Numbered from the stretch's first letter, positions 42,066 through 52,755 are shown. The stretch: DNA of 64,000 nt from Candidatus Woesearchaeota archaeon (GCA_018302225.1 JAGVZY010000011.1:207-64206); one strand, 5' to 3'. Made by a program: numbers and translations. Notes: generated by a model from the sequence alone, not told the origin.

Positions 42066-42683
42066 ATGAGGATTATCTTCTTTTTTTTGCTAATTCTTAA
42101 TCTATTAATTAAATTAGCACACTTTGTTTATGTAATATCCAGAAAGCCTAATCCAACAACAATCAAATTTAATTCAAGCTTATTTATAAGCGTCTCATCA
42201 TTAAGTGTTTTTTTAGTACTCTTACCTTTCATATATCACGGTATGAGATATGGCGTTTTTACTCACCCTATAATCTTGCAAACAAACATACTTTCAGGTA
42301 ATACAACGTCAAAAATAATTTTATCTTTTGGTGAAAATGAAAGGCCAAGAGTTTTTATTGCACAAGAGCTTCAGAAGCAAATAATCATCCCAAACTCAAA
42401 TGTTCTTCTTACATATTTCAAAGAAAACAAAGAAATATTTAAGGAAAAATATAAACACAAAAAAGAAGCAAATAAAAAAGCTCTAAAATGGTTCAAAAGA
42501 AAATTAGAGAAAGAATCTATGGCAGATTTCAATTCAGCTACAGATGCTATGAGTTCCTATTCAGATTATCTTGACAGGGAATATCAAATTAGAAAAAGTT
42601 GGGATCCAAAGGCAAGAATAGAAATGGAAAGAGAGGTAAGAATTGAAAAAAAAGAATCTTTAAAGGAAAAAAAGTCGCAATAA
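42066..42683 (+). CDS. Hypothetical membrane protein
   Basis: Two N-terminal TM helices, then a K-rich C-terminus. AGGGGGA lies upstream. Confidence 0.4.
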   Translation: MRIIFFFLLILNLLIKLAHFVYVISRKPNPTTIKFNSSLFISVSSLSVFLVLLPFIYHGMRYGVFTHPIILQTNILSGNTTSKIILSFGENERPRVFIAQELQKQIIIPNSNVLLTYFKENKEIFKEKYKHKKEANKKALKWFKRKLEKESMADFNSATDAMSSYSDYLDREYQIRKSWDPKARIEMEREVRIEKKESLKEKKSQ

Positions 42684-42768
42684 ATTTCTTTGTAAAATCT
42701 TTGTAAAAATTTCTTTGAATTAATTTAAATTTTAAAATCAAATTTATTTATCAAAGGAGGTGAAAAAA

Positions 42769-43461
42769 ATGAGTTTTATTTCATTCTTGGGTCTCGATTA
42801 CAACCTGATATACACAATTCCAATGATGATAAGTGTAATGCTCTTTTTAATCCAACTGATGTTCCTGCCCGGTGGAGATCATAACTTGGATCATGATGTT
42901 AGTCATGATGTAGATCACCATTTTGATCATGATGCAAGCCATACCACCGTTCATGAAATAGGGCATGAAATGTACACTGAAGGAAGTATATTAGATCGTG
43001 CATTTAGCTTTCTCAACTTAGGGAAAGTTCCATTTATGTATGGTCTTGTCTGCTTTTTGTTATCTTGGGGTTGCTGTGGATTATGCATCAACTGGTTATT
43101 TCCTTTTAAGAATGTCTCTTCTCTAATAGTTTCAATACCTATTTCAGCAATAATAGCGATATTCTTTACAAAAACAGTTGGTGCAATTCTTGGAAAATAT
43201 CTTCCAAAATATGAATCTGCCGCATATGACTCACTCGCACTTATTTCAAAAATAGGTACTATTGTGAGTCCTGAAATAACTTCCACTCATCAGGGCAGAG
43301 TTTTAGTTGTTACACCAACTAACGAATATCAGTCTATATTTGCAAAAACTTCTGGTAAAACCTTGAAAAAAGATGACAAGGTTATAATTATTGATTATGT
43401 TAAAAAAGAAGAATTGTATATTGTTGACATCGTAAACGAACCCGCATTATTAAAAAATTAG
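42769..43461 (+). CDS. NfeD-like (YqiJ-type) membrane protein with a C-terminal OB-fold, flotillin partner
   Basis: His/Asp-rich loop, TM helices, and a C-terminal QGRVLVVTPTNEYQSIFAKTSGKTLKKDDKVIIIDYVKKEELYIV typical of the NfeD beta-barrel. GGAGG lies 8 nt before the ATG at 42769 (the ORF track starts at GTG 42760). It sits directly upstream of the flotillin gene. Confidence 0.55.
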   Translation: MSFISFLGLDYNLIYTIPMMISVMLFLIQLMFLPGGDHNLDHDVSHDVDHHFDHDASHTTVHEIGHEMYTEGSILDRAFSFLNLGKVPFMYGLVCFLLSWGCCGLCINWLFPFKNVSSLIVSIPISAIIAIFFTKTVGAILGKYLPKYESAAYDSLALISKIGTIVSPEITSTHQGRVLVVTPTNEYQSIFAKTSGKTLKKDDKVIIIDYVKKEELYIVDIVNEPALLKN

Positions 43462-43544
43462 CACAGTGCAGGTAAATTTCTAAACGAATTTCTTTCTTTC
43501 CAAAAAATATCTTAAAAAAATCTATTTATAGGAGGTTCGAAATT

Positions 43545-45434
43545 ATGATTATTTCAGGTCTCATGCTTGCATCCACTGCGATTGTGCTTATCCTCTTCCT
43601 GGGGATATTAATCGCAAAGTTCTACAAACGAGCCAGTGCCGATATGGCTATTGTAAGAACGGGTAATGGTAAGATGAAAATCTGCATGGATGGGGGTATA
43701 TTCGTCATCCCTCTGATTCACAAGTCATTTGAGATCAACCTCAAGACACTGCCTGTTGAAGTTGACCGCAATGGCTCAGAATCATTAATCACAAAAGACA
43801 ACCTACGTGCAGATGTAAAGGCAATTTTCTATGTAAGAGTAAGCACTGAAGATACGCAAATCACAAGTGCTGCAAGAACCTTGGGTTCAAAAACCCTTAA
43901 CATCCAAGAGATGAAAACCTTCATAGAAGACAAACTTGTCGGCGCACTAAGAGCCATCGCAGCAACAAAAGATCTCACAGATCTCAATTCCAAAAGAGAA
44001 GACTTCGCGGAATCTGTCCAGACAGCGCTGAAAGATGAACTTCTCCAGAACGGCATAGTCCTAGAAAGTGTCACAATCGCCAATCTTGACCAGGCAAAAC
44101 TTGATGATTTCAGGCCTGACAATATCTTTGACTCAACAGGAAAAAAGAACGTGGCAGCCATTGTCCAGGACAACAGAAAACTGGAAAATGAGATTGTCCG
44201 AAAAGCAGAAGTGGAAATCGAAAAAAAGAACGTTGAGACAAGGAAAAACGTCCTGGCTCTTCAGCAGGATCAGGCTTTTGCCACAGCAGAACAAGATAAA
44301 GAAATCCGCTCAAAAAAAGCTACACAAGATGCAGCTGCGAAAAAGATAGAAGCTGAACAAGCGCAAACAGCTGAAGTTGCAGTCATTGAAAAGGAAAAAA
44401 CGGTTGCATTAACCAGCGTTGAAAAAGACAAAACTGTACGTGTCGAAACTCAGAACGCAGACAAAGCTGCACAGGTAGCTGAAGTTGAAAAGAAACAAGC
44501 TGTGGAAATCGCGGTAATCGCGAAAGAAAAACAGGTTCAGATATCAGAAAAAGAAAAGGAAATTTCAGTGCTCCAGAAGGAAAAAGAGCGCGTAGAAACT
44601 GCTGCCGAAACTGCCAAAGCTGACGCAGAAAGAGTGAAAGCTGAACAAGCAGTTCTGACAATCACCAAGGTCGCCGAGTATGATAGAGAAAAACAGGCAG
44701 CAATAATCGAGCAGGAGAAAAAATCAGAAATTGGCAAGATCGAAATAGTTATTTCAGCAGACGCAGAAGCAGAAAAAATTATGAAGATCGCAAAAGCAAA
44801 ACTCGATGCTGCAAAAATGGATGCTGAAGCAATCAAGGTCATTGCCGAAGCAAACAGAGAAAAGTTCACCGTTGATGCAAAAGGCAAAGAACTCATGGTG
44901 GGAGCAGAAAACGTGATTTCTAATGAAAGACTCATGCAGTTAACTGCAATGAGCTTCATTGAAAAACTGCCCAGCATCATTGAGAAACTCGTGGAACCTG
45001 CCAATTCCATCGATGAGATGAAGATTCTCAACATCAACGGTGTAGGAAGCGGAATTCCTGGAATATCTGGTGGCGTAGGGAACGACGGCACAACAGGTGG
45101 AACAAATTCATCAACACCTAACATCATCAGCAATATCATATCCAATGTCGGCCAGGTCGGACTATTCCTTCCGGTATTAAACAGCCTTATAAAATTCGCG
45201 AGGGAAAATCAGACAAGTTTAATTAACACTATTAACCGGCTGCCCTTGAGTGATGACGTAAAAAAAGCACTCCCAAGCATTCTCAATCATTTCGCTCCAG
45301 GCCTTGTTCCAACTCTCGAAAAAGAAATCGCTGCGCCTGAGAAAAAGGACGAAGCCACAGAGCCCACAGCAAAAGGAAAAGATAAATCTAGTACTCCTAC
45401 TCCTACTACGCAGCAGCCGGAAAAAAAGAAATAG
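43545..45434 (+). CDS. Flotillin-like SPFH/band-7 protein (YqiK/FloT-like)
   Basis: N-terminal TM, an SPFH domain (ADMAIVRTGNGK...VKAIFYVRVSTED) and long E/A/K-rich flotillin repeats. GC is markedly higher than the surrounding sequence. The antisense ORFs in this gene are spurious. Confidence 0.8.
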   Translation: MIISGLMLASTAIVLILFLGILIAKFYKRASADMAIVRTGNGKMKICMDGGIFVIPLIHKSFEINLKTLPVEVDRNGSESLITKDNLRADVKAIFYVRVSTEDTQITSAARTLGSKTLNIQEMKTFIEDKLVGALRAIAATKDLTDLNSKREDFAESVQTALKDELLQNGIVLESVTIANLDQAKLDDFRPDNIFDSTGKKNVAAIVQDNRKLENEIVRKAEVEIEKKNVETRKNVLALQQDQAFATAEQDKEIRSKKATQDAAAKKIEAEQAQTAEVAVIEKEKTVALTSVEKDKTVRVETQNADKAAQVAEVEKKQAVEIAVIAKEKQVQISEKEKEISVLQKEKERVETAAETAKADAERVKAEQAVLTITKVAEYDREKQAAIIEQEKKSEIGKIEIVISADAEAEKIMKIAKAKLDAAKMDAEAIKVIAEANREKFTVDAKGKELMVGAENVISNERLMQLTAMSFIEKLPSIIEKLVEPANSIDEMKILNINGVGSGIPGISGGVGNDGTTGGTNSSTPNIISNIISNVGQVGLFLPVLNSLIKFARENQTSLINTINRLPLSDDVKKALPSILNHFAPGLVPTLEKEIAAPEKKDEATEPTAKGKDKSSTPTPTTQQPEKKK

Positions 45435-45615
45435 TAGCTCAATTCTTACAAGAAATCCAATCTTTGCTTTTTGCTTAGACTTTTCCATTCCCTTTCTTAA
45501 TTGATTTACTTTGTCTACTTATTAAAATTTATAATTCTAAAAATTGTAAATTTAATATTAATAGGCTTAGCCAAAATTAATTTTGAAAGGAGACTATAGT
45601 AAAGGAGGTGTTATC

Positions 45616-46320
45616 ATGGGCAAACTTCTCAAAAGACTTGGCAGAATTACTTCTGCTAAGATCGAAAAACTGATTTCTGCAATGGAAACGCCGGAAGAAA
45701 TCATTCCCCAACTCCTTGAAGAACTCAAGAAAGAAGGCGTAGAAACGGCTAAAAATGCACTAGCTACTGCGCTCTCAACTCAGAAGAGAAGGGAAATAGA
45801 TGTGGCAGGTCTTAAAGATAACATATCTATTCTTCAAAACGGTGCGGAAAGTTATGTTGCTAAAGGTGATGAAGCTTCTGCGCGAAATGCCATTAAACAA
45901 AAAAATCAGCTTTCCAAAGATCTCAAGATTAAAGAAGGCCAACTCGAACAATCAAAGCAATCAGCTGAAGCAGCCAGAAGTATTTTGACTGAACTTCAAG
46001 CTTCTATCGCACTTCTCGAAGAGAAGTATAATGAACTCAAAACCCGCCATACTGATGCTGAAGCCACCGAAGCAGTTTCAAGAAAAGTGGGTGACAGTTC
46101 ATTAAAGGGAAGCGGAAGTGTTTCAGAGTTGGACTCACTGCTCAAAAGATTTGAGGAAGAAGTTACTACTGCTGAAGCCATGAATACCCTTAATACAGAA
46201 AAAGGTCCTGAAAAGCAACCTGACATGGTTGAAAAACTCAGGAAAGAATCTGAAAGTCAAATGGTAGAAGACGAGCTTGCTAAAATCAAGGCAAGAAGTC
46301 AAAAACCGGCAGTGCAGTAA
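45616..46320 (+). CDS. pspA: PspA/IM30 (phage-shock protein A / Vipp1) family protein
   Basis: MGKLLKRLGRITSAKIEKLISAMETPEEI... and an extended coiled coil characteristic of PspA. AAGGAGG lies upstream of the ATG at 45616. Confidence 0.7.
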   Translation: MGKLLKRLGRITSAKIEKLISAMETPEEIIPQLLEELKKEGVETAKNALATALSTQKRREIDVAGLKDNISILQNGAESYVAKGDEASARNAIKQKNQLSKDLKIKEGQLEQSKQSAEAARSILTELQASIALLEEKYNELKTRHTDAEATEAVSRKVGDSSLKGSGSVSELDSLLKRFEEEVTTAEAMNTLNTEKGPEKQPDMVEKLRKESESQMVEDELAKIKARSQKPAVQ

Positions 46321-46384
46321 TCTCGCAGTAAGATTCACTGTTCACACTTTTTCCTAACTGGAAAATCTAATCATTAAGCATTTG

Positions 46385-46452
46385 AAAACCCCCTTGATTC
46401 TACCAAATTCATAGATTTGGCAAGGGGAGTTTTTTTTCTTTTTTTCTCTCCT
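46385..46452 (+). terminator. Intrinsic-terminator-like hairpin (CCCCTTG...CCAAAT-tcataga-ATTTGG...CAAGGGG) followed by a long T-tract
   Basis: An imperfect long inverted repeat sits 65 nt after the pspA stop, followed by agttttttttctttttttc. Confidence 0.4.
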
Positions 46453-46621
46453 AAATCTTAACAATAGTTAAATTAGAACTATTTAACTTAGTTTCTTTTT
46501 TAAGAAAGGGAGTTTATTATTTTAAAAAATAAAATATAATTCATATCACAAAAATAAAATTATTTATCAAATCACTCTTTCATTGAAATTAAAATAAACT
46601 TTAGAATTATTAAAGGCAATC

Positions 46622-48046
46622 TTACTCTTTCACACCAATAAAGAACTTTCCAGAATGTGCAATCTTTTGTCTATTATTTTTCTCAGTATGATACTTTACA
46701 TATGCTGAAGGTATCTTGAATTTACCAATAATATCAATATTAGTATTAATCTCATATGAAATTACTCTTTCTTCACCTGCTTCTAAGAAAGGTATTTCCC
46801 ATAAAACTCTATTATAATTTCTTCCATGTTCAACTCTCAAAGGTTTAATAGTTCCATAATGTTTTCCCGGCCCAATTAATTCAGGCAATCTATCAACAAC
46901 CATTAAATTTTTAACACTTCCAGGACCCCTATTTTTGATTAAAAGCATAATTCTTGCACCTTTTATACCTTCTTTAGTTCTACTTATATTAATCACTTTT
47001 TTAGTAATAGTAACTCGTCTAGTAAATCTTAAGAATAACCACATCGCAATTAAAATAATTACTAAAACAATTAAAACAAACCATAAATAATTAATTCTTA
47101 CATTTAATTCAAACTTTTCACCAGGTTGTAAAGCAATTTGCCAGATATAGATATATCCACTTCCATCTTTTTGTATTGAATCTGGGGTCTGTGAAAATTT
47201 AATAAACAATTTTTCAAAGCTTGAAACAGGTATTGAAATACTCTCTCTTTGAACAACATCACCTTTATTTTCTTTACTTATCCTTATTACTTTAGAAAAT
47301 AATCCTTTCTCAACAGTATAATCATTTTTTTGATTTAAAGGATTAACCAATTTCAAACTTGACTCAGCACTACCAATTAAAGTTTTCTTGTAATAGGCTT
47401 TTGCTATTAGTTTATAGAATCCTTCTTCAAAGTTATTTTCAATATTAACATTTGCAATTTGTTGGTCTTTTTCTTTAGCATCAATTGAAATCTCTTTCTC
47501 ATTTCTAAACAATTCACTTTCTAAAATAATATTTATTTTATTTAAATCATAATCTTGAGTATTAGTTACATCAAAAGAAATAATCTCTTCCTTACCTGCT
47601 TCTAACACAACTGTCTGAGGAATTTCAATATACAGAGCTTTATTTTCAGGAGGAACTAAGTTTATATTTAATATTACATCTTTACTAAATAAACCATCCT
47701 TAGTAGCCACATTAACAGATAAAGAATAATAATCTATAGGTAAACTCTTAACAGGATACGCACTTACAATACTTTTAGCAGCAGAATTACCTTGTAATTT
47801 TAATATATACGGTTCGGGGGTATCTATTCTCCACTTACCGTACTGTTGTTGGGGAGTTATTATGATCTCGCGAGCCATTGCCTCATTATTAATTATATTT
47901 AACTCAAATTTAGCAATACCATTCTCAGAAATCTCATTAACTATAGCTTTATCTTCAACAATTATATCATAATTTGCTAAAACTATACTTGAAAGTAAAA
48001 CTAACAAAACTGCAAAAATAGGCAATTTAAAGTTTGTTTTTGACAT
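46622..48046 (-). CDS. Cell-surface protein with N-terminal signal peptide, a C-proximal TM helix and a short cytoplasmic tail domain
   Basis: Signal peptide MSKTNFKLPIFAVLLVLLSSIVLA and the TM LWFVLIVLVIILIAMWLFL. The extracellular part is beta-rich. Confidence 0.5.
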   Translation of the reverse strand: MSKTNFKLPIFAVLLVLLSSIVLANYDIIVEDKAIVNEISENGIAKFELNIINNEAMAREIIITPQQQYGKWRIDTPEPYILKLQGNSAAKSIVSAYPVKSLPIDYYSLSVNVATKDGLFSKDVILNINLVPPENKALYIEIPQTVVLEAGKEEIISFDVTNTQDYDLNKINIILESELFRNEKEISIDAKEKDQQIANVNIENNFEEGFYKLIAKAYYKKTLIGSAESSLKLVNPLNQKNDYTVEKGLFSKVIRISKENKGDVVQRESISIPVSSFEKLFIKFSQTPDSIQKDGSGYIYIWQIALQPGEKFELNVRINYLWFVLIVLVIILIAMWLFLRFTRRVTITKKVINISRTKEGIKGARIMLLIKNRGPGSVKNLMVVDRLPELIGPGKHYGTIKPLRVEHGRNYNRVLWEIPFLEAGEERVISYEINTNIDIIGKFKIPSAYVKYHTEKNNRQKIAHSGKFFIGVKE

Positions 48047-48161
48047 CTAATATTTAGTCTCAAGACTTATATATAAACATTTTGATTGTCTCTAAAAGCC
48101 CAAAAAACAGTGACAAAAGCTTTTTATATTACTGAAGATTAATTTAAGATTTGCATTAAAA

Positions 48162-48713
48162 ATGTATACAAAAGGGACAAATAAAGTAACAAGCAAGACA
48201 GGTATTATATCAATAACACCTCCTTTTCTTGAGAAGGAAGGATTATTTCTAACAATATTAAATAAAGAATTTAGTGCAATTGAGAAAGACATACCTTACT
48301 TAACATTTATAGAATCATTCTGTGAATTTTTTAAAGTATTTAAAAATTATAATCCTACTAATGCTAGAAGTATTAAAAATTTTTGTCCTGCATTTCATAT
48401 CGCAAATTCTATGGCTTTTGTAAAGCAAGATTGTTTAATTTATAAAATAAATAATTCTAATTCAGAAAAAAAAATTTGTGAAAAAACAATAAATACATGC
48501 AATTTAGATTATTTAAGCCACTTACTCAAAGAAATTCTTCAAACAATGACAAAATATGAAAGTTCACAAATTCCCCAGCCAGTAATAAAAAAAGAAAATA
48601 ATCATTTAATTGCACTTTATAATTTTTATCCAGAATCAAAAGAAGATGGAGCAACTATAAAAATTAATTATATTTCATGCAAAGAAAGAATCGAAGAAAA
48701 ATTAAAAGCCTAA
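48162..48713 (+). CDS. Hypothetical protein
   Basis: 183-aa ORF. Confidence 0.35.
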   Translation: MYTKGTNKVTSKTGIISITPPFLEKEGLFLTILNKEFSAIEKDIPYLTFIESFCEFFKVFKNYNPTNARSIKNFCPAFHIANSMAFVKQDCLIYKINNSNSEKKICEKTINTCNLDYLSHLLKEILQTMTKYESSQIPQPVIKKENNHLIALYNFYPESKEDGATIKINYISCKERIEEKLKA

Positions 48714-48741
48714 TTAAATATTTAAGATTTGATTAAATAAT

Positions 48742-50802
48742 CTAATTAATCATCTTACTAATATGCTGTTTCTTTTCTATTTTAATAAGTTTATCAACAA
48801 AACTTTCAATTTTACTTTCATGACTTACTATAATTACTTGTTTTATCTCAAGTTCATCTAAAACTAATTTCATTCTATCCAATTGCTCACTTGAAAATCC
48901 ATCTGTTGGCTCATCTAAAATTATCAAATCTCTTGTTCTTATATGAGACATCATTTTATTTATAACTTGATTTAAAGCTAATCTATACGCCAATGCACAG
49001 GCTGTCTTTTCTCCACCACTTAAATTTAGATACTCAGAATCATAACCATTCTGAGTAATCTTTAAATTAAAATTTTCATCTAAATAAATTTGTATTAAAT
49101 CATCATCTATAAGAGTATTAAACCACTTTCCAAAAATAATACTAAAATCGCTATGGATTTTTTTCATAATATTTTTTTCCATGACTAAAACCATTTCAGT
49201 AAATTTACCATTTAACCAACTAACTAAACTAGATAATCTTTCAGATTCTTGTAAAGATTTTTCTTTTCTAGCTATTTCTTTTTCCTGTCTTTGAATAAAC
49301 TCTTGAATTGAATTTATTTTTTCAGTCAAAGAAGTCTTTTTAATAGCAATAGCTCTTTGTCTATCAATTATAAAATCTATTTCCTTTTTTATTTCAAGGT
49401 ATTTTTTCTCAGAATCTTTAATTAACTCCAAATCAGAAACAAATTTAATTTTGCTACTATTCAAATCTAAAATATCCTCTTTTAATTTAATATTTTCAGA
49501 TTCAATCTTTTTAATAGTTTCATTTTTCTCACTCAAAGCTTTTATCTTAAAATTAACTAAATTTGTTTTATTTAATCTTTCATTTAATAATTTTAAGGCA
49601 GTTCTTAGATTATTAAGCTCTAAATTATTTTTAATTAAGTCTAATTTAATTTTATTAATCTCCAAAGTAGTTTCTTGAATAATAATATTCTGTCTTTCAA
49701 AAACTCCGGATTTATATTCTTTAGAAACATCTTGTTTACAAGTAGGACACTGATTTAAGTTCATTATAGAATTTTTTATCTTTTCAGCAGATTTCTTCTC
49801 AGCCTCAATTTCATACATTCTAAATTCAGTTAACTTCAACTCTTTTTCTCTATTTTCTATCTCTTTCTCTTGCTTTGAAATCTCTTGTTTAAGTACGAAA
49901 TCATCCTCTCTAACAAGGTTTTCTTTTGACAACTCGCTTATTTCATAATTAAGCTTTTCAAAGTTTCTTTGGTTTTTCAAAAGAATTTCATTTTTATTAT
50001 TTATTTCACTTTCAAACAAAGCTATTTTTCCTTTAAAATCCTGTGCAAATTTCAATTCATTATTATACTTATCATAATCTTTCCTCAAGTTATCAAATTT
50101 CAAATTTACTTCAACCTCAACAGGTCCTAAGTTTTTAAGTTCCCCAAAAATAAAATTCATTTCATCATTTTTAGATTTGATTTCATTTTTTAATAAATTA
50201 ATATCTTGAGCATAAGCATTAAGCTCTTTTCTTTTAAAATTATATTCTCTAACTAATATTTGTGAATTTTCAACTACTCTTTTATATTTATCAATTCCAA
50301 ATACTCTTCTTAAAGTGTTTAATTTTATTTCTTCTTCTCCTAAAAGAATCTCCTTCATCTCTTCTTGAGGAGTATAAACAGTATATCTATAAATTAAAGC
50401 CTTACCTTTAGTCAAAAACTCAGGAGGGTAATTTAAAATTTCAAGAATTTTAGATTTCAACTCTGTAGCAGTTCCAGTTACTTTTTTACCTTCAATTATT
50501 AAATATCCTGCATCTTGTTGTATAGCCTCCGAGCTTCTTTTTAAAGTTCGTTTAATAATGATAGGTTTGCCTTCTATCTCAAAATTTAGCTCAACATAAC
50601 CCTCTCTTTCTCCGTGTCTCAAAATAGTATTTCCAGAAATTATTCCCTTAGTTAAACCAAACAAAACAAAATCTATAGCTAATAATATTGTGCTTTTACC
50701 CGCACCAACATCCCCGCTCAATAACACTTTTCCAAGAGGAAAATTAACTTCTGCCTGTTTATAACTTCTTATATTTTCAAGCTTTAAAGATTTTAAAATC
50801 AT
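48742..50802 (-). CDS. rad50: Rad50 ATPase (DNA double-strand break repair)
   Basis: Walker A (GDVGAGKSTILLAIDFVLFG), a central coiled coil with zinc hook CPTC, and C-terminal signature/Walker B (LSGGEKTACALAYRLAL, LILDEPT). Confidence 0.85.
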   Translation of the reverse strand: MILKSLKLENIRSYKQAEVNFPLGKVLLSGDVGAGKSTILLAIDFVLFGLTKGIISGNTILRHGEREGYVELNFEIEGKPIIIKRTLKRSSEAIQQDAGYLIIEGKKVTGTATELKSKILEILNYPPEFLTKGKALIYRYTVYTPQEEMKEILLGEEEIKLNTLRRVFGIDKYKRVVENSQILVREYNFKRKELNAYAQDINLLKNEIKSKNDEMNFIFGELKNLGPVEVEVNLKFDNLRKDYDKYNNELKFAQDFKGKIALFESEINNKNEILLKNQRNFEKLNYEISELSKENLVREDDFVLKQEISKQEKEIENREKELKLTEFRMYEIEAEKKSAEKIKNSIMNLNQCPTCKQDVSKEYKSGVFERQNIIIQETTLEINKIKLDLIKNNLELNNLRTALKLLNERLNKTNLVNFKIKALSEKNETIKKIESENIKLKEDILDLNSSKIKFVSDLELIKDSEKKYLEIKKEIDFIIDRQRAIAIKKTSLTEKINSIQEFIQRQEKEIARKEKSLQESERLSSLVSWLNGKFTEMVLVMEKNIMKKIHSDFSIIFGKWFNTLIDDDLIQIYLDENFNLKITQNGYDSEYLNLSGGEKTACALAYRLALNQVINKMMSHIRTRDLIILDEPTDGFSSEQLDRMKLVLDELEIKQVIIVSHESKIESFVDKLIKIEKKQHISKMIN

Positions 50803-50901
50803 AAAAAATACATTTACTCCAGCTTAATAAGTTTTACTCTAAGTATTTAAATACTTATAAAAGGAAAGATTTTAAAATACGCCATCTCTTTTTAAGATAG
50901 A

Positions 50902-51324
50902 ATGAATGAAAACATAGAGCCTCAAAAGATTTCTAATATAGCGCCCAAGGCACTTATTAAACAAATATATTCTTATCTAGACGATTTTATGAATCATGAT
51001 GAAACTCTTAAGTCTCTTCCAGAATTAGAATTCTTTGAAGAAATGGAGTTTATAATAACACCCCATAAAGCACCTATTTTATTTCAAGAAGAAAAAGCAA
51101 ACATGACTTACTTATTTACATTAAATCAAATACCTAAAAAATATTACGCCTTAGACAAAAAAACAAAAGATAAACTTAACTTACTTATCCCGCAATTAGG
51201 AATATATTATTGGGATAATTTAAGAAAAAAGGTAATTTATATCCCCCATAATTCGCAAGATAAAGACAACAGAGAAAACATTAATAAAATTGAAAAATAT
51301 AAAACTATAAACGATATTCTTTAA
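50902..51324 (+). CDS. Hypothetical protein encoded on the opposite strand between mre11 and rad50
   Basis: 140-aa non-repetitive ORF with a TATA-like TTTAAAATA upstream. Confidence 0.35.
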   Translation: MNENIEPQKISNIAPKALIKQIYSYLDDFMNHDETLKSLPELEFFEEMEFIITPHKAPILFQEEKANMTYLFTLNQIPKKYYALDKKTKDKLNLLIPQLGIYYWDNLRKKVIYIPHNSQDKDNRENINKIEKYKTINDIL

Positions 51325-51349
51325 TCTTTAATAATTTATTTTCTAAAAA

Positions 51350-52549
51350 TTATTCTATATTTAAAACTTCTTTTGCTTCTTGTAATATTCTCTTTTCAAA
51401 ATCAGTTATTTTTTCACCTTCTAATTTTTCAGTATCTAAAATTTTAATTAAACTTTCGACTGTTTCTTTTGTCAAAATATCTGTTTCACTAAGATTCTTC
51501 TTCAAAATCTCTTCTTCTACATCTTCCACTTTTTCACTCTTAACTTCAACTTTCAATTCTTCAAAAGCTTTGGTTGATAATTTGGAAGAATTTCTTAAAA
51601 CAGCGTAAACACCATTATTTATAAAATTATTGCTAATTCTATTAAAATCTATATCCCCTGGATTTCCTTCCTCCAAAACTCCAGAAATTCTTAGCATTAT
51701 TATATTGTCTCTTAACATTTCTTTCTCAAGAATCTTATAACATTGATCATTAACCTCAGAAACTTTCTTAGCAAAAATTTCAAAACTCTTTACTTCTTTA
51801 ATTTTCACAGGAACAAATTCAGTTTTTAGAATTTTATTTAATCCATCATATTCACATAAATAATATCCACCTTGTTTAAATTCTTCTAACTCTTTAAAAT
51901 TATTTGGAAATAATGCTCCAGGATAAACTAATTTTCCTTTTCCAAAATCTTTTTCAAAAATATAATGAACATGTCCACCTGCATAATAATTAAAATTTTT
52001 AGGCAGAGTATTCACACTTTGACACTCAATAGTATTATATTCATTAGGTTTAAATTCTTCCAAAGCCGTATGAAATAAGAATATTTTAAATCCATCAATA
52101 TTTTCAACTTCACTAAAATCAGTCTCTAGATATTCTTCTTTTTCTAAAGCACCTTTTCTACCAAACATTCCTGTTATCTTTGCTTGAGTCTTATTATCAA
52201 CTACAAATTTTAATTTATTTCCTTCAAATTTCATAACATTAGTTACCAAACCTGATTTTTCAAAAACATCAATCATTGTCTTACCCGTTGCAGAAAAATC
52301 ATGGCTTCCGGGGATAATATAAACACTTATCCCTAATTCTTTCAGTTTTCTTAATTCTGCTGCAGTCTCTTTAATATATTCTATCTGAGGTAAAGCCGTA
52401 TTAAACAAATCTCCAGAAATTAACAAAAAGTCAATCTTTTTACTAATGCATTCTTCTATTGCCTTCTTAAAAGTCTCAAAACCTAACTTCTTTAGATTTT
52501 CATCTCTCCAACCACCTATGTGACAGTCTGCAAAGTGTGCAAATTTCAT
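51350..52549 (-). CDS. mre11: Mre11 nuclease (calcineurin-like phosphoesterase)
   Basis: Motifs HFADCHIG, GDLFN, GSHD, GGHVH and GH in the Mre11 order. Confidence 0.8.
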   Translation of the reverse strand: MKFAHFADCHIGGWRDENLKKLGFETFKKAIEECISKKIDFLLISGDLFNTALPQIEYIKETAAELRKLKELGISVYIIPGSHDFSATGKTMIDVFEKSGLVTNVMKFEGNKLKFVVDNKTQAKITGMFGRKGALEKEEYLETDFSEVENIDGFKIFLFHTALEEFKPNEYNTIECQSVNTLPKNFNYYAGGHVHYIFEKDFGKGKLVYPGALFPNNFKELEEFKQGGYYLCEYDGLNKILKTEFVPVKIKEVKSFEIFAKKVSEVNDQCYKILEKEMLRDNIIMLRISGVLEEGNPGDIDFNRISNNFINNGVYAVLRNSSKLSTKAFEELKVEVKSEKVEDVEEEILKKNLSETDILTKETVESLIKILDTEKLEGEKITDFEKRILQEAKEVLNIE

Positions 52550-52755
52550 TTTAAAAACAAAAAGAATGAAGTCAGAAATATTATAAACCTTACTAAAAGG
52601 ATTTATAAAACAAAAATCTATTTAAATACTAATTTATTTCAAAAATATATGCCTTTATATATACCTCAACACAAAAAAGAAAGAATAAAAAAACTTTCAA
52701 CAGCCCTTTTAAAACAGAAAAAAAAGAACTTTTTTCACAGATTATTTTCAAAGAA

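Noticed and set aside
43829-45145. Five overlapping ORFs (43829..44173-, 44068..44349+, 44110..44313-, 44383..44661-, 44537..45145-) inside the flotillin gene
   Set aside because: They are antisense or out of frame to a well-supported SPFH/flotillin CDS. Higher GC and EA-repeat composition generate long spurious open frames. They have no SD sites and give low-complexity translations.
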